The notes: generated from the letters alone by a model not told the origin. A DNA stretch of 64,000 bases from Candidatus Brocadiia bacterium (GCA_046538485.1 JBKHIT010000023.1:1-64000), one strand, 5' to 3'. Counted from the first letter of the stretch, positions 38,505 to 49,182 are shown. Program-made: numbers and translations.

Positions 38505-41500
38505 ATGAGCAAGAAAACTCTCTGCGTGTTTTTGTGTCTTCTTATTTTCGGCACTCTGGTTGGGCCGCTGACAGGCGCGGAGATAGGCCGAGGACGGCAT
38601 AAGCGTGTTTTTGCGGTACCGACGCCCGGGAATGTGAAAATTGATGGAAAACTCGGCGACTGGGATCTTTCGGGGCAGATAACGATTTATGTCATGCCCG
38701 CCACGCGGGAGAGCCAGAGTGCCGAATACGCGATGATGTACGATAAGGACAACCTGTATATCGGCGCGAAAGTCAAAGATCCTAACCCGATGATGAACCG
38801 GCACGATCCGAAGGTTGAACCGGGTCGTGGCTGGGATGCCGATGCCTGCCAGGTCCGTATGGCGCTCGACCCGGAAATGGGGTTCCCCATCCGCTACGGA
38901 AAAGGCGATAAAGATGCTAACGTTGCCCACCTCACAATGTGGTACTACACCGATGAAAAAAAGCCGTGTCTCCAGATGAACTATGGATTCTACCGCAAAC
39001 CCGATCGCTGGCCCTCAAGCATCGTCCCGCGCGACAAATATCAGGCGGTCTACCGCAAAGGACCGAAAGCCCGCAGTTACACTTTCGAGTATCGAATCCC
39101 ATGGAAAACCCTGGGCGTGGAAACTGTGCCGGAAGGCGGCGATATTCTCGCCGGAAGCGTGCAGTTCAACTGGTCCCGACCCGATGGACGCAAAACGGCG
39201 GGCGGCTCGGCCTGGGCCTACGACGTTATGTCCGGCAGCGCTTTCCCGTATCAGCAAACGGCGTGTTGGGGCAAAATTATCTTCTCGGAGAAAGGCAATC
39301 TCGACCGCAAAATCGTGGAGATGGGTGTGCCGCCCGAAAAACCGCTTCCGCTCACTTTTGAATACGATCTGCCAAAAGCCGGGGAGGTCACACTCGCACT
39401 ATACGACAAAGACGGGACGATGATGCGCCAAATTATCACGGAAGATAAGCGGAACGCCGGACACAATATTGAGCGCTGGGATGGGCTGGATGATTTGGGA
39501 CGTCCGCTTCCGGCCGGCAAATACACGTGGAAAGGCCTCTATCATGACGGACTCAGTCTGGAATGGCGCCTCTCGGTCCACAACAGCGGTAATCCCCCCT
39601 GGAAAGGGCCCAATCCGGGCGATGCGTGGGGTGCGAACCATGGCGAACCGCGCGCGGCATGCGCCGCCGGCGATTCCATGCTCCTGGCCTGGGACGTGAC
39701 CGAAGGGGCCAGCGGGATCATTCGGGTAAATCTGAAAGGGAAAAAACAATGGGGCACGACCCATACGGCAACGCATCTGGCGGCCAGCGATAAGCATTTC
39801 TATGCCGCCGGTGGTCACGGTTGGAGTGCGGAACCCGGCGTGCGGAGCTATGCCCTCAAAGACGGACGCCGGCTCAATTACAGCGATGGGTCCGGTCTGC
39901 TGAAAGCCGCCGATGACAAAGATGCTCGTGCAACGGGACTCGCTTACCACAACGGGACGTTATACGCATCCTACGGGAAAAACAACATCGTGGCGGCTTA
40001 CGCCCCCGCAAAAAGCAAACTGGTCCGCACGTGGAAAGTGGCCGATCCGGGACGCCCCGCGGTCAGCAATAATGGCAAAGTGCTCGTTATCAGCGAGGGG
40101 AAAATTGCGCGGTTGACCGATTCCGGCGCTCAGACGGTCATTGAGGACCATCTGGATGAACCGAAAGGGCTCGCGCTGGACGGCGAGAACCGGATTTACG
40201 TATCGAATCAGGGGGATCTGCACAACGTTTCGGTGTTCTCGCCCGACGGAAAATACCTGCGCAGCATCGGCAAAATGGGCGGTCGACCGCGCATCGGGAA
40301 ATGGGTGCCGCGCGGTATGATCAATCCCGACGGTGTTGCTGTCGATGAAAAGGGGTGGCTCTGGGTGACCGAAAATCTGGACAAGCCGAAACGCATCAGC
40401 CTGTGGAATGCCAGCAATGGGAAGCTCATTGATGATTTCTTCGGAGCCAGTTCGTATTCGACGAATGCTACCATGGACGCAGCCGACATGACACGCGTCT
40501 ATTGCCATGGTGTGCAGTGGAAAGTTGATATCGCCGACGGCACGTGGGAACCGGAAGCGGTGGTCATGCCGGGGAGTTCCCGGGGGATGCGCGTGTTTAC
40601 GGCCAATAACGGGCGACAATACGCGACGGTCGAGGCAGGCGGCGGTTTGAAATTGATGATCCGCGACGGACATCGTTTCCGCACCGTGGCGGGTGTCCTG
40701 TCACGCCGTGCTTTTGCCGATATGGAATGGTACGAACGTCGCCGAGAGAAGGCGATCGAAGAACAGAATCTGAACCGGGCTTATAAAGTGCGGAGATGGG
40801 AAAAGCGCCGTCTCGTATGGGCCGACCTCAATGAGGATGGAAAAGGTCAGGCGACGGAAGTCCAGCGGGCCGCCATGGGACGCCCCAGCTGGGTGGATCG
40901 CGATCTGTCGTTCTACGGGCATTCCGGTTTCCACTACGTGGCATCGTGGCGTTTGCCAATCCAATCAGTCAACAAAAAAGGGATGCCCGAATATAATGCC
41001 GAAGAGATCCGGGAATACGGCCCGGGACGAATGGATCCGGTGAAGGTCAACGATACGATCGCGGACGCCGAAGAGAAGGCGCTTTACATGCTCGGCGGGC
41101 CCGTGCCGCTGGACGATCCGCAGTATCCGCGACTCACAAAATTCAGTTTCGGCGGCAGGCGTCTCTGGGAATACTGGCGTATCCATCCGAAATGGAAGAA
41201 AGCGCTCAACCTGCCCGTTGCGGACAAAGGCACGGCGATCGGAACGGTGAGCCTGCTCGGCAAAGCCGGCGATTACATCTGCGCCAAGACCTATTTCGGA
41301 AGCGCCCACGTCTGGAATAAGGACGGACTTTACGTCGACCGTATCTTCAAACAGGGGCGCACCGGCGCCAGCGGCCACAACGTGATCGGATGCGAATGGG
41401 TGCACGGAGGTCATTTCGTCAAAACGGACAAGGAGGGACGCTACTTCGTGCTGGCCGGTGACCAGGATGGTCGCGTGAACGAAGTGATCGGCTTTGATAC

Positions 41501-42272
41501 CGTGGGCCATCTCGACGGAGGAACCTACAGCATCACGCAGGACCAGTCGGAAAAGGTGCGCACGGCCCACGAGGAATACCAGGCTCAGAAAGCCGAATCG
41601 CAGAAACTGGTGGTCGTGCGAGGCCAGAAAGCCCTGGAAGCGACGGAAGGGGTCGGCAAGCAGATCGACGATAACCGCTCGTTTGAAGCGCGGGCCGCTT
41701 ATGACGAGAAAAACCTTTATGTTCGGTACAGAGTGCGGAGCCCGTTTCCGCTCACCAATTCGGTGAGAGAACCGCAGATCCTGTTCACCGGTGGAAACTG
41801 TCTGGATATTCAAGTGGCCACCAATCCGAACGCTCCCGCTGAGAGGGACGAACCGGCTCCGGGCGATATCCGGTTGGTGGTGACGCGACAGGATGGCAAA
41901 CCGGTGGCGGTGCTGTACCGACCAAAAGTGAAAGATTTCAACGGGGAGCCTGTCGTGCTGGATTCGCCGGTTGATGAAGAATCGTTCGATCAGATAAAGG
42001 TGCTCAGCGATAGAATCGACCTTGACTACAAAAAACAACCGGGTGGTTTCAGGGCGCAGGTGACGGTCCCGCTGGAACTGATCGGCTGGAAACCGCGACC
42101 TGCCTCGACGGTCCTGATGGACCTCGGGTATGTTTTCGGTAACAGGACAGGGAGCGATACCGCCATGCGATCCTACTGGTCCAGTAATAGCCCCGAGGCG
42201 AACGTCACCGACGACATCCCCGACGAAAGCCGGCTGAATCCCGAACACTGGGGCGAGGCGGTGGTGGAGTGA
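38505..42272 (+). CDS. Large secreted protein: CBM9-like + FlgD-Ig + NHL/beta-propeller + CBM9-like
   Basis: Signal peptide; IDGKLGDW..YDKDNLY..FEYRIPW; VTLALYD..WDGLDDLGRPLPAGKY; PKGLALD and PDGVAVD repeats; YDEKNLY. Confidence 0.85.
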   Translation: MSKKTLCVFLCLLIFGTLVGPLTGAEIGRGRHKRVFAVPTPGNVKIDGKLGDWDLSGQITIYVMPATRESQSAEYAMMYDKDNLYIGAKVKDPNPMMNRHDPKVEPGRGWDADACQVRMALDPEMGFPIRYGKGDKDANVAHLTMWYYTDEKKPCLQMNYGFYRKPDRWPSSIVPRDKYQAVYRKGPKARSYTFEYRIPWKTLGVETVPEGGDILAGSVQFNWSRPDGRKTAGGSAWAYDVMSGSAFPYQQTACWGKIIFSEKGNLDRKIVEMGVPPEKPLPLTFEYDLPKAGEVTLALYDKDGTMMRQIITEDKRNAGHNIERWDGLDDLGRPLPAGKYTWKGLYHDGLSLEWRLSVHNSGNPPWKGPNPGDAWGANHGEPRAACAAGDSMLLAWDVTEGASGIIRVNLKGKKQWGTTHTATHLAASDKHFYAAGGHGWSAEPGVRSYALKDGRRLNYSDGSGLLKAADDKDARATGLAYHNGTLYASYGKNNIVAAYAPAKSKLVRTWKVADPGRPAVSNNGKVLVISEGKIARLTDSGAQTVIEDHLDEPKGLALDGENRIYVSNQGDLHNVSVFSPDGKYLRSIGKMGGRPRIGKWVPRGMINPDGVAVDEKGWLWVTENLDKPKRISLWNASNGKLIDDFFGASSYSTNATMDAADMTRVYCHGVQWKVDIADGTWEPEAVVMPGSSRGMRVFTANNGRQYATVEAGGGLKLMIRDGHRFRTVAGVLSRRAFADMEWYERRREKAIEEQNLNRAYKVRRWEKRRLVWADLNEDGKGQATEVQRAAMGRPSWVDRDLSFYGHSGFHYVASWRLPIQSVNKKGMPEYNAEEIREYGPGRMDPVKVNDTIADAEEKALYMLGGPVPLDDPQYPRLTKFSFGGRRLWEYWRIHPKWKKALNLPVADKGTAIGTVSLLGKAGDYICAKTYFGSAHVWNKDGLYVDRIFKQGRTGASGHNVIGCEWVHGGHFVKTDKEGRYFVLAGDQDGRVNEVIGFDTVGHLDGGTYSITQDQSEKVRTAHEEYQAQKAESQKLVVVRGQKALEATEGVGKQIDDNRSFEARAAYDEKNLYVRYRVRSPFPLTNSVREPQILFTGGNCLDIQVATNPNAPAERDEPAPGDIRLVVTRQDGKPVAVLYRPKVKDFNGEPVVLDSPVDEESFDQIKVLSDRIDLDYKKQPGGFRAQVTVPLELIGWKPRPASTVLMDLGYVFGNRTGSDTAMRSYWSSNSPEANVTDDIPDESRLNPEHWGEAVVE

Positions 42273-43453
42273 TGGCTGAAAAACCTGTCTATACGGTCCT
42301 GACGACGTGCCCGGATTACGGCAGCCGGAACGTCGGGGATAAACTGATTGAAGTTCGCCTGAAACAGTTACTTGAAAGGGAAAAAGGGGAGTGCCGTTTT
42401 GTTACCATATTCCGAGAAGAACCGCTTGAAAACCGTTTGGCTGAAATAAATGGCACACGGGCCATTCTGATGCCGGCCTGCCCCGTGCGAGATACTCCCA
42501 TGTACCCGGGGACCTATCGACTTGTCGATGATCTATCGCGTATCCGGGTACCCATGATCCCCGTTGGGGCTAACTGGAACGTGTACCCCGGCGATGCAAG
42601 GAGCCGGCAGGAAGTGAAGTATTCTGACGAAACGGTCAATTTCCTTGATTATATCGCCGGGCAAATCGATCGATTCTCCTGCCGGGAACATTTTGTTTGC
42701 CGGGTATTGGAAAAACATGGCGTCGATAACGCGGTTTTTACGGGCGATCCAGCGATGTTCAATCTTTCCTGCATCGGGAAACCGATGAAACGGCCAAAAA
42801 ACATCGAGAAACTCGTGTTCAGCCCGCCTTTGAGCGCCTATTATGCCGATCAGGCACTGGAAGTGATCGAAATGCTCGCCGATTTATTTCCCGGCGCGCA
42901 GCGGTACTGTGCCTTCCACCTGCAGGACCGCAACACGGCGACGTCTGAGAGGGGTGAAAACAGTGCGGCTCTCAATCCGGAAGTCACTTTGAAGAATCAG
43001 CGGATCCGGGAGCATGCGGAAGCGCTTGGCTACGATATCTGGGATTTGGCCGGTCGATTTGAAAGATTACGGGATTATGAAACCTGTGATCTCCACGTCG
43101 GCTACGAATGTCACGCCCATCTTTATTTCCTGAGTGCGCGCTTGCCGAGCGTATTAATTGCGGAGGACGCGCGGGGCATGGGATTCAATTACACTTTGGG
43201 TCGAGGCGGTTTCACGGGGTTTGAGCGTTCATCGACATCTTTTGATGGGGGACGCAAGCAGATAACGTCGGGGTATTGCACTACGGCTGAAGAACTTTCC
43301 CTCGCGCCACCTCGTAGCGACATGGACGTTGCGATCCGTGGTTTTCTGGAAGAAGAAATGGAGAACAGATTCAGTCGCTACATCGGGCTTGATGTATGGC
43401 TTGACGAGACCCATGAAAAGAGGATGCGACCTTTTCTGCAATCATTGGTGTAA
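42269..43453 (+). CDS. Polysaccharide pyruvyl transferase family protein
   Basis: NVGD, SCRE, TGDPA, LHVGYECHAH, IAEDAR; start overlaps the upstream stop. Confidence 0.75.
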   Translation: MMAEKPVYTVLTTCPDYGSRNVGDKLIEVRLKQLLEREKGECRFVTIFREEPLENRLAEINGTRAILMPACPVRDTPMYPGTYRLVDDLSRIRVPMIPVGANWNVYPGDARSRQEVKYSDETVNFLDYIAGQIDRFSCREHFVCRVLEKHGVDNAVFTGDPAMFNLSCIGKPMKRPKNIEKLVFSPPLSAYYADQALEVIEMLADLFPGAQRYCAFHLQDRNTATSERGENSAALNPEVTLKNQRIREHAEALGYDIWDLAGRFERLRDYETCDLHVGYECHAHLYFLSARLPSVLIAEDARGMGFNYTLGRGGFTGFERSSTSFDGGRKQITSGYCTTAEELSLAPPRSDMDVAIRGFLEEEMENRFSRYIGLDVWLDETHEKRMRPFLQSLV

Positions 43454-43873
43454 TTCGCAATTCCCTGGGTGAGGGTGCACGGCGGGAGCAAAAAGATGTT
43501 CCCTGGGCGGAACGTTTTCTCCGGGGGCGCATCAGTGCAGTGGTCGGGTCGGCGAGATGGTTTTGCCGCCTGGCAGGGATCTTGGGGGTGGCGATACAGG
43601 ACTCTCCTCATCATTGGTTCACCCATCCGAGCAGCCTGCGAGAAACTCTATCTGCCCGTTGGGCGCACTATTACTAATGGGTCATGTGCGGATATATTGC
43701 GGCACCAGACAGGCGGCCATTGTTGTCGCTTCCGGAAGGCTATGTTACGATGATCGAGATGTCGAGTTTCAGGACTAAAAGATTGAAAAGTGCCGTGAGC
43801 AGCTGATTGCGCAATGGTTAGATCCCAGTAGTCCGGTCCGTTGCTGTGCCCGAATCTGTGCTACCCGATGGAG

Positions 43874-44953
43874 TTACCTGAGCACAAGTTTCGGCTGGAT
43901 GGTTTTGCATTCTTGGTCCGGCGTTTGCCCTTTGATTGCTTTTTCGAGCATTTTAACGGTTTCATCAGCAATCGTGCTGAGGTTGAGATCGACGCTGCTG
44001 AGGGGAGGATGGGCCGCCTCGCTCCATGGTGTGTTGAAATACCCCACCATTTCCACCGACCCGAGTCGACCCGGGTTTCCCGATCTAAGGATCCTCTGGA
44101 TTTGCCAGACCAGGACATCCATGTATGAGAAAACCACAGTGGCGCCAAATTTATCCGGGTCGAGAGCCGACAGGACTTCCTGTTCATCGAGGATTGGTTT
44201 TCTGTCCTCCCAGCCGTTGACCGTTACCGGTTTCCAGTCCCGGCCGGATGACTCCCACCATTCCCGGAACGAATGGATATGCCGGGCAACGTGAGAGATC
44301 TTATCTCCATAGATTTGACCCGGTTGTGGTGCGGCCAGCAGAGCGTTTTCGTGTCCCTGTTTGGCGAAATACTCAGCCGCCATTCGTCCGCCTGCTTCAA
44401 AATCGGACAGAACGCGCAAACAGTCGATGTCCTGGGGGCCAAACCACTCGACGACACCGACAATGATTTTGTTCGACAGGGGAGGGGACTGAAAAATATC
44501 GCCAGGCAGGCCGCCTCGGCCACGAATGACAATCGCCTGAGCTTCCGACCGGGCCAGGCTTATCAGACGTTCACGACCCTTTTCCGTCTTGGCATCGACG
44601 GTGATCGGCACAAGTCCGTGCTGATGGAGTCGCGCAGTCAGCATCAGGTCCAGTTTGCCCCAGACGTGTTCGCGAGTACCCAGACCGAGCACCACAGTCT
44701 CAGACAATTCAAAAGCCCGCGTGGGATCGGCCACAAAAGTTCCCGCACGGGGTTCCGTTACCACGTATCCCTGGTCGCGCAATTTTGCCAGCGCCTTATG
44801 CACGGGAAAAACGCTCGTTCCAAAACGGTCAGCGAGCTTCCGCACGGACGGCATCTGTGAACCCGGCGCCATTTGCCCCGAAGATATTTCGCCGGCCAGG
44901 GTCTTGCGGATTTGTTCCTTCTTGCTATTTCTTGCCACGGTTTTTTTGCCCAT
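43874..44953 (-). CDS. GntR wHTH + periplasmic-binding-protein-like regulator
   Basis: MPSVRKLADRFGTS..GTFV; GYFNTPWS..PPLSSVDLN. Confidence 0.92.
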   Translation of the reverse strand: MGKKTVARNSKKEQIRKTLAGEISSGQMAPGSQMPSVRKLADRFGTSVFPVHKALAKLRDQGYVVTEPRAGTFVADPTRAFELSETVVLGLGTREHVWGKLDLMLTARLHQHGLVPITVDAKTEKGRERLISLARSEAQAIVIRGRGGLPGDIFQSPPLSNKIIVGVVEWFGPQDIDCLRVLSDFEAGGRMAAEYFAKQGHENALLAAPQPGQIYGDKISHVARHIHSFREWWESSGRDWKPVTVNGWEDRKPILDEQEVLSALDPDKFGATVVFSYMDVLVWQIQRILRSGNPGRLGSVEMVGYFNTPWSEAAHPPLSSVDLNLSTIADETVKMLEKAIKGQTPDQECKTIQPKLVLR

Positions 44954-44985
44954 TGAGGGGAATTTTCTGTTATTGGCTATTATGT

Positions 44986-45014
44986 AGCTTAGTTTGACGG
45001 ATTTTGAGTGTCAA
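44986..45014 (-). promoter_or_regulatory. Sigma70-type promoter overlapped by a TTGAC/GTCAA inverted repeat
   Basis: Minus strand TTGACA-N17-TAAGCT; plus strand TTGAC (44994) and GTCAA (ending 45014). Confidence 0.6.
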
Positions 45015-45214
45015 TCCCTTTCCGGGATTTGAGGAATTTGCGCTGTGGGTCGTTCCGTGGTTTGTTGAGTGTTGATTTGTTCTGGATTCCCGCCGATTCC
45101 CGAACGGGGCAGGGCGCAAATTCTTCGGGTCTCCCCGGGGATCCTCTTTAAAGCTCGTTATCTTACAGATTTTATGTTCAGCGGCAAAGATTGTGTAAGC
45201 GCGGACCCGCTTGT

Positions 45215-45420
45215 TGGCCGCGTTCTGAACTCCAGCCCCGCAGGGCGGTTCTGAAGTCCAGTCCGCTCACGGGAAATGGAGACTCGAGTTCAGCTGACCC
45301 CGCCACCGGCGGGCGAAACTGGACTTGAGGCGGAGGAATTTGGAAAATGGTAACTGGGACGAAACTGGCCGCGTTCTGAACTCCAGCCCGGCGGGAGCGG
45401 GACTGAAGTTCAGTCCGCTC
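45215..45420. repeat. REP-like composite repeat (units B-A-B)
   Basis: CCGCGTTCTGAACTCCAGCCC..CTGAAGT.CAGTCCGCTC occurs twice; the A+B unit recurs at 46745-46892. Confidence 0.85.
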
Positions 45421-45874
45421 CTGATAACGTATTTTGAGCGCGGATCTGTGGTGGACCTTCAGCCCACCATTTGTTCGCGTATACCCGGGGCCCAGGGCGC
45501 CGAGGACTTTCAGCCCTCTGTCCCCTGGGCTGTTATCTGCAGGGCCGTTGGCCCTGGGAAGTGCTTTCCAGTCGTGTCATTGCAATGCGCCGTGCGGCGA
45601 GTGCCTGTGTACCCTTCTGCCATACCGTGCGCTACAGGCGTACTTACGCCTTTATCTGCAAATGAAAGCCAGGAAACCCATGTGGGACAGCCTCTCGAGG
45701 CTGTGAACCGGGTCGTCAGACCCGGATTCGTTGTCGTTTGTTGCGGAACGGAATATGCTGCGCGCCGGACAATCGTATCGGTACAGGCTCGTGCATGAAC
45801 CCCGCCGGCGGAGCCGGCTATGGAGTGCGGCGATTTTTCGCCGCTGTGCCGTTGTCTTTCGTCATTTTGCGGTG

Positions 45875-45967
45875 GACTACCTGGAAGGGGGTATGCCAAT
45901 GCCAATGATATTTAAAATGGCAGGCACCTCTGCCCAACGAATCCCCCACCGGGGGCGCCGCTTTGTT
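45875..45967. repeat. ~90-bp dispersed direct repeat, copy 1
   Basis: GACTA.CTGGAAGGGGG.ATGCCAATGCCA..GATATTT.AAAATGGCAGGCAC..CTGCCC shared with 54329-54423. Confidence 0.85.
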
Positions 45968-46569
45968 GTTATCTTTTGCCGTTGTTTTTCGTCGTTTTGC
46001 GACGAGCCCCGCAGGTTTCCGGACCGCATTCTGAACTCCAGCTTGCTCACGGGTCATGCATAGGCGGACGGGCTTCGGGGTTGCCGGTAGCCGCATCGTG
46101 GTATAGAAGGTCTTAAGATTGTAGACCAACGCATATCATGCAATCATGAATTGTTCTGGCCTCCGTCGGCCCTGCGCCGGCGGCGCGACGATTAGCTCAC
46201 TACGTGCGTTTCCCTGATAAAATGCCCTCCATCGGCCCTGTGCCGATGGGGCAACGGAATAACAGAGCTGTGCCGGAAACTCTGATGGTGCGTGAGGCAA
46301 CCCGCTGATGAAAGCCCAGGAAGTGGGCGATGCAGAGATAGCCCGGCGCAGTCGCGCCGTCGTTTGGCGCGCAAGCTCCGGGGGAGATCTGAGAGACGGA
46401 TTGGAATGAGTGAACTGCTAATGGGATGGAGCTGGTACTGAGTTGTTAGTGAACGGAGGAAAAGATTGGAGTTAGTGAACGAAGTTTCTCCCAGAGAGGT
46501 CCCTTACGTCCCTTCTGTCACTTGCGTCCCTTGCTGTCGCGGGGCGAGCAAGCTGGCCATGCACTTCTG

Positions 46570-46680
46570 CGCCACCCCTGCGGGGTTTGGAAATTATGTG
46601 GGGTTCTGAATTCCCGGGGCTTGCCCGAAAAACGGGCGCGCCCCGGGTTATGTCTGCCGTCGCCCCTTTTCAGGGGCTCA
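46570..46680. repeat. REP/BIME-like palindrome cluster
   Basis: ACCCCTGCGGGGT, CCCGGGGC..GCCCCGGG and GCCCCTTTTCAGGGGC hairpins. Confidence 0.7.
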
Positions 46681-46744
46681 AAGCAACATGAGAGTGGAAA
46701 ACGTGAGACCTCCCCGCCGCGAGAGCGGGGTATTCTCTTCTCTC

Positions 46745-46892
46745 GGAAATGGAGAATCGAGTTCAGCTGAGTCCGCCATGGCGGAGGAAGCGGGACTTGA
46801 GGCGCACGAATTTGGAAAATGGCAACTCGGACGAAACTGCCCGCGTTCTGAACTCCAGCCCCGCGGGAGCGGTTCTGAAGTCCAGTCCGCTC
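46745..46892. repeat. REP-like composite repeat (units A-B), second copy
   Basis: Aligns by eye with 45272-45420. Confidence 0.85.
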
Positions 46893-46930
46893 CAGGTGAT
46901 GTTGCCTCGCAATGATATGTCAGCTTCCTG

Positions 46931-46959
46931 TTGTCCAAAATGCACTGAAATGTTAAGGT
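46931..46959 (+). promoter_or_regulatory. Sigma70-type promoter for the GH78 block
   Basis: TTGTCC-N17-TAAGGT with extended -10 TG. Confidence 0.5.
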
Positions 46960-47002
46960 TTTCCCTCACTCCTGTCCGAGTTATGAAAGTTACAAGAAAA
47001 AA

Positions 47003-49147
47003 ATGTCCTCCCAACCAACGGCGCCTTTTGGTCTGACCTGTGAATTGCTTCAGTCACCTGAAAAAACGGTGATCCACGCTCCCAATCCTGTTTTCGGCTG
47101 GATCGTAGGGCATAACACCATCCAGAGTGCTTACAGGATTCTGGTTGGTTCGAACGTGGATCTTTTAAGCGATCATACCGGTGATATCTGGGATTCGGGC
47201 AAGGTGGCCAGCAACCAGTCCATCAACATTCGCCATGCTGGTTCGCCCCTCGACGCCGAGGTGTCTTACCACTGGAAGGTTATGCTCTGGGATCAAAACG
47301 ATCAGGGAAGCGACTGGTCTGAGATACAGACGCTACATACCGGAAATTTGACTGAGCACCCATGCCTTCCTGCATATCCGCTGGTAACAGACGAGGTGCC
47401 GCCGCATGAGCGTTTTTTCAAGGAGGACGGCCACTGTTTCATCGATTTTGGGAAAGCTTGTTTCGGCACCGTTTCTTTTACATGCACGTGTGAAGCGGAG
47501 GGCAAAGAGGTTGTCGTTCATTTGGGCGAAATGCTGGAAGGGGCCCGGACTGTTGCGCGCCGCCCCCCGGGGTGCATCCGCTATCGTAAGATTCCGGTGA
47601 AACTACGCGAGGGGCGCCACAGCTACCGTGTAGCTATACCTCCCGATGAAAGGAATACAGGTCCACTCGCCATCAAGATGCCACCGGAGGTGGGGGAAGT
47701 TCTTCCGTTCCGATACTCCGAAATCGAAGGACTTCCCCCGGAACACGAACTGACGGACGTTAAACAGCTCTGCGTGCACTATCCTTTTGATCCGGATGCT
47801 GCGGAGGTGGACAGCTCCAATGAGACCCTGGATGCCGTCTGGGATCTGTGCAAGCACAGCATCAAAGCCACTAGTTTTTGCGGTCTTTACGTGGACGGAG
47901 ACCGGGAACGTATCCCGTATGAAGGCGACGCTTACGTCAACCAGCTGAGTCATTACGCTGTGGACCGGAAGTTTACGCTTGCCAGGAATACCCACGAGTA
48001 TCTGATCGATAATGCAACGTGGTTCACTGACTGGTATATGCACTCGGTGTTCATGGCCTGGCAGGATTACATGTACACCGGCAACCTCGACTCACTGGCA
48101 AGTCGGTATCGGGATTTGCAGGCCAAGACGTTGCGTTTTATGGCCCGGGACGACGGGCTACTGACCACGGCGCCGGAGAATTTTACAGAGTCTTTCCTGA
48201 AGAAACTTCATGCCGAAAAGACACCCCGGGATCTTGTGGATTGGCCGCCGGCGAATTTCGGGGGTGGAGGCGAACCCGGAGAGCGCGATGGTTATGATAT
48301 GAGGCCGGTCAATACGGTCGTGAACAGTTACCATTACAAAACGCTCGTCCAGATGAGCGATATTGCACAGGCCCTTGAAAAACCGGAAGACGCGGGGGAT
48401 TACCGGCAGCAAGCCAAGAAGGTCCGCAGTGCAATCAACGGGCTGCTGCTCGACAGAGACCGGGGGGTATACCTGGACGGAGAAGGCTCAGATCACGCGT
48501 CGCTTCACGCCAACATGTACCCGCTTGCGGTCGATATTGTCCCACGGGAGTACGTCGATAGTGTGATCTCATTCGTAAAATTGCGAGGTATGGCCTGCAG
48601 CGTTTTCGGAGCTCAGCGGTTGCTCGAAGCGTTATACGAACACAATGAAGCCGACTACGCGTTTGAATTGCTGACGGCCAAACATGATCGCAGCTGGTGG
48701 CATATGATAGAACTGGGATCGACTGTGACGCTTGAAGCCTGGGACCTTAAATACAAACACAATCTGGACTGGAATCATGCCTGGGGAGCTGTCCCGGCCA
48801 ATATCATTCAACGCTATCTGATCGGTGTGCGACCTTTGGAACCGGGTTTTCGCAAAATGATCATCCAGCCCCGGCCGGCTGCGCTGTCGTACATCAACGC
48901 AAAAGTCCCGACGATACGGGGATCCGTTGGAGTCGTTCTGAAAAGGAACGCAGAGGTGCCGTTATCCCTTCAGGTAGAAATTCCCGGCAACACAAAAGCC
49001 CGCATCCTGTTGCCACGACTCGGGAGAGACGGAGAAAGCGTTGTCAAGAGTGATGGTACGCCGGTCGAGGCTGAAGATGCCGACGATTTCCTGGCTCTCG
49101 ACCCGGTCGGTCCGGGCCGTTACTCGCTGACAGTTGAGACGAAATGA
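47003..49147 (+). CDS. Alpha-L-rhamnosidase (GH78)
   Basis: FIDFGK, YVDGDRERIPYEGD, LVDWP, TLEAWD..DWNHAWG. Confidence 0.92.
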   Translation: MSSQPTAPFGLTCELLQSPEKTVIHAPNPVFGWIVGHNTIQSAYRILVGSNVDLLSDHTGDIWDSGKVASNQSINIRHAGSPLDAEVSYHWKVMLWDQNDQGSDWSEIQTLHTGNLTEHPCLPAYPLVTDEVPPHERFFKEDGHCFIDFGKACFGTVSFTCTCEAEGKEVVVHLGEMLEGARTVARRPPGCIRYRKIPVKLREGRHSYRVAIPPDERNTGPLAIKMPPEVGEVLPFRYSEIEGLPPEHELTDVKQLCVHYPFDPDAAEVDSSNETLDAVWDLCKHSIKATSFCGLYVDGDRERIPYEGDAYVNQLSHYAVDRKFTLARNTHEYLIDNATWFTDWYMHSVFMAWQDYMYTGNLDSLASRYRDLQAKTLRFMARDDGLLTTAPENFTESFLKKLHAEKTPRDLVDWPPANFGGGGEPGERDGYDMRPVNTVVNSYHYKTLVQMSDIAQALEKPEDAGDYRQQAKKVRSAINGLLLDRDRGVYLDGEGSDHASLHANMYPLAVDIVPREYVDSVISFVKLRGMACSVFGAQRLLEALYEHNEADYAFELLTAKHDRSWWHMIELGSTVTLEAWDLKYKHNLDWNHAWGAVPANIIQRYLIGVRPLEPGFRKMIIQPRPAALSYINAKVPTIRGSVGVVLKRNAEVPLSLQVEIPGNTKARILLPRLGRDGESVVKSDGTPVEAEDADDFLALDPVGPGRYSLTVETK

Positions 49148-49182
49148 ACCCATGCGCAGCCTCAGCTGCAAAAGGAACCCAA

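Noticed and set aside
40965..42248. 427-aa minus-strand ORF
   Set aside because: Antisense shadow of the 38505-42272 gene.
43469..43860. Short ORFs between the pyruvyltransferase-like gene and GntR
   Set aside because: No motif or RBS support in the frames examined.
46305..46335. CTGATGA followed by a stem, resembling a hammerhead ribozyme core
   Set aside because: The stem is followed by GATG rather than GAAA, and I could not build stems I and III.
45215..46892. Repeats considered as a CRISPR array
   Set aside because: Units are long, degenerate and irregularly spaced, with no spacer pattern and no cas genes.
45325..46938. Short ORFs across the repeat region
   Set aside because: They translate repeat DNA (RVLNSSPAG recurs) and show no protein-family features.
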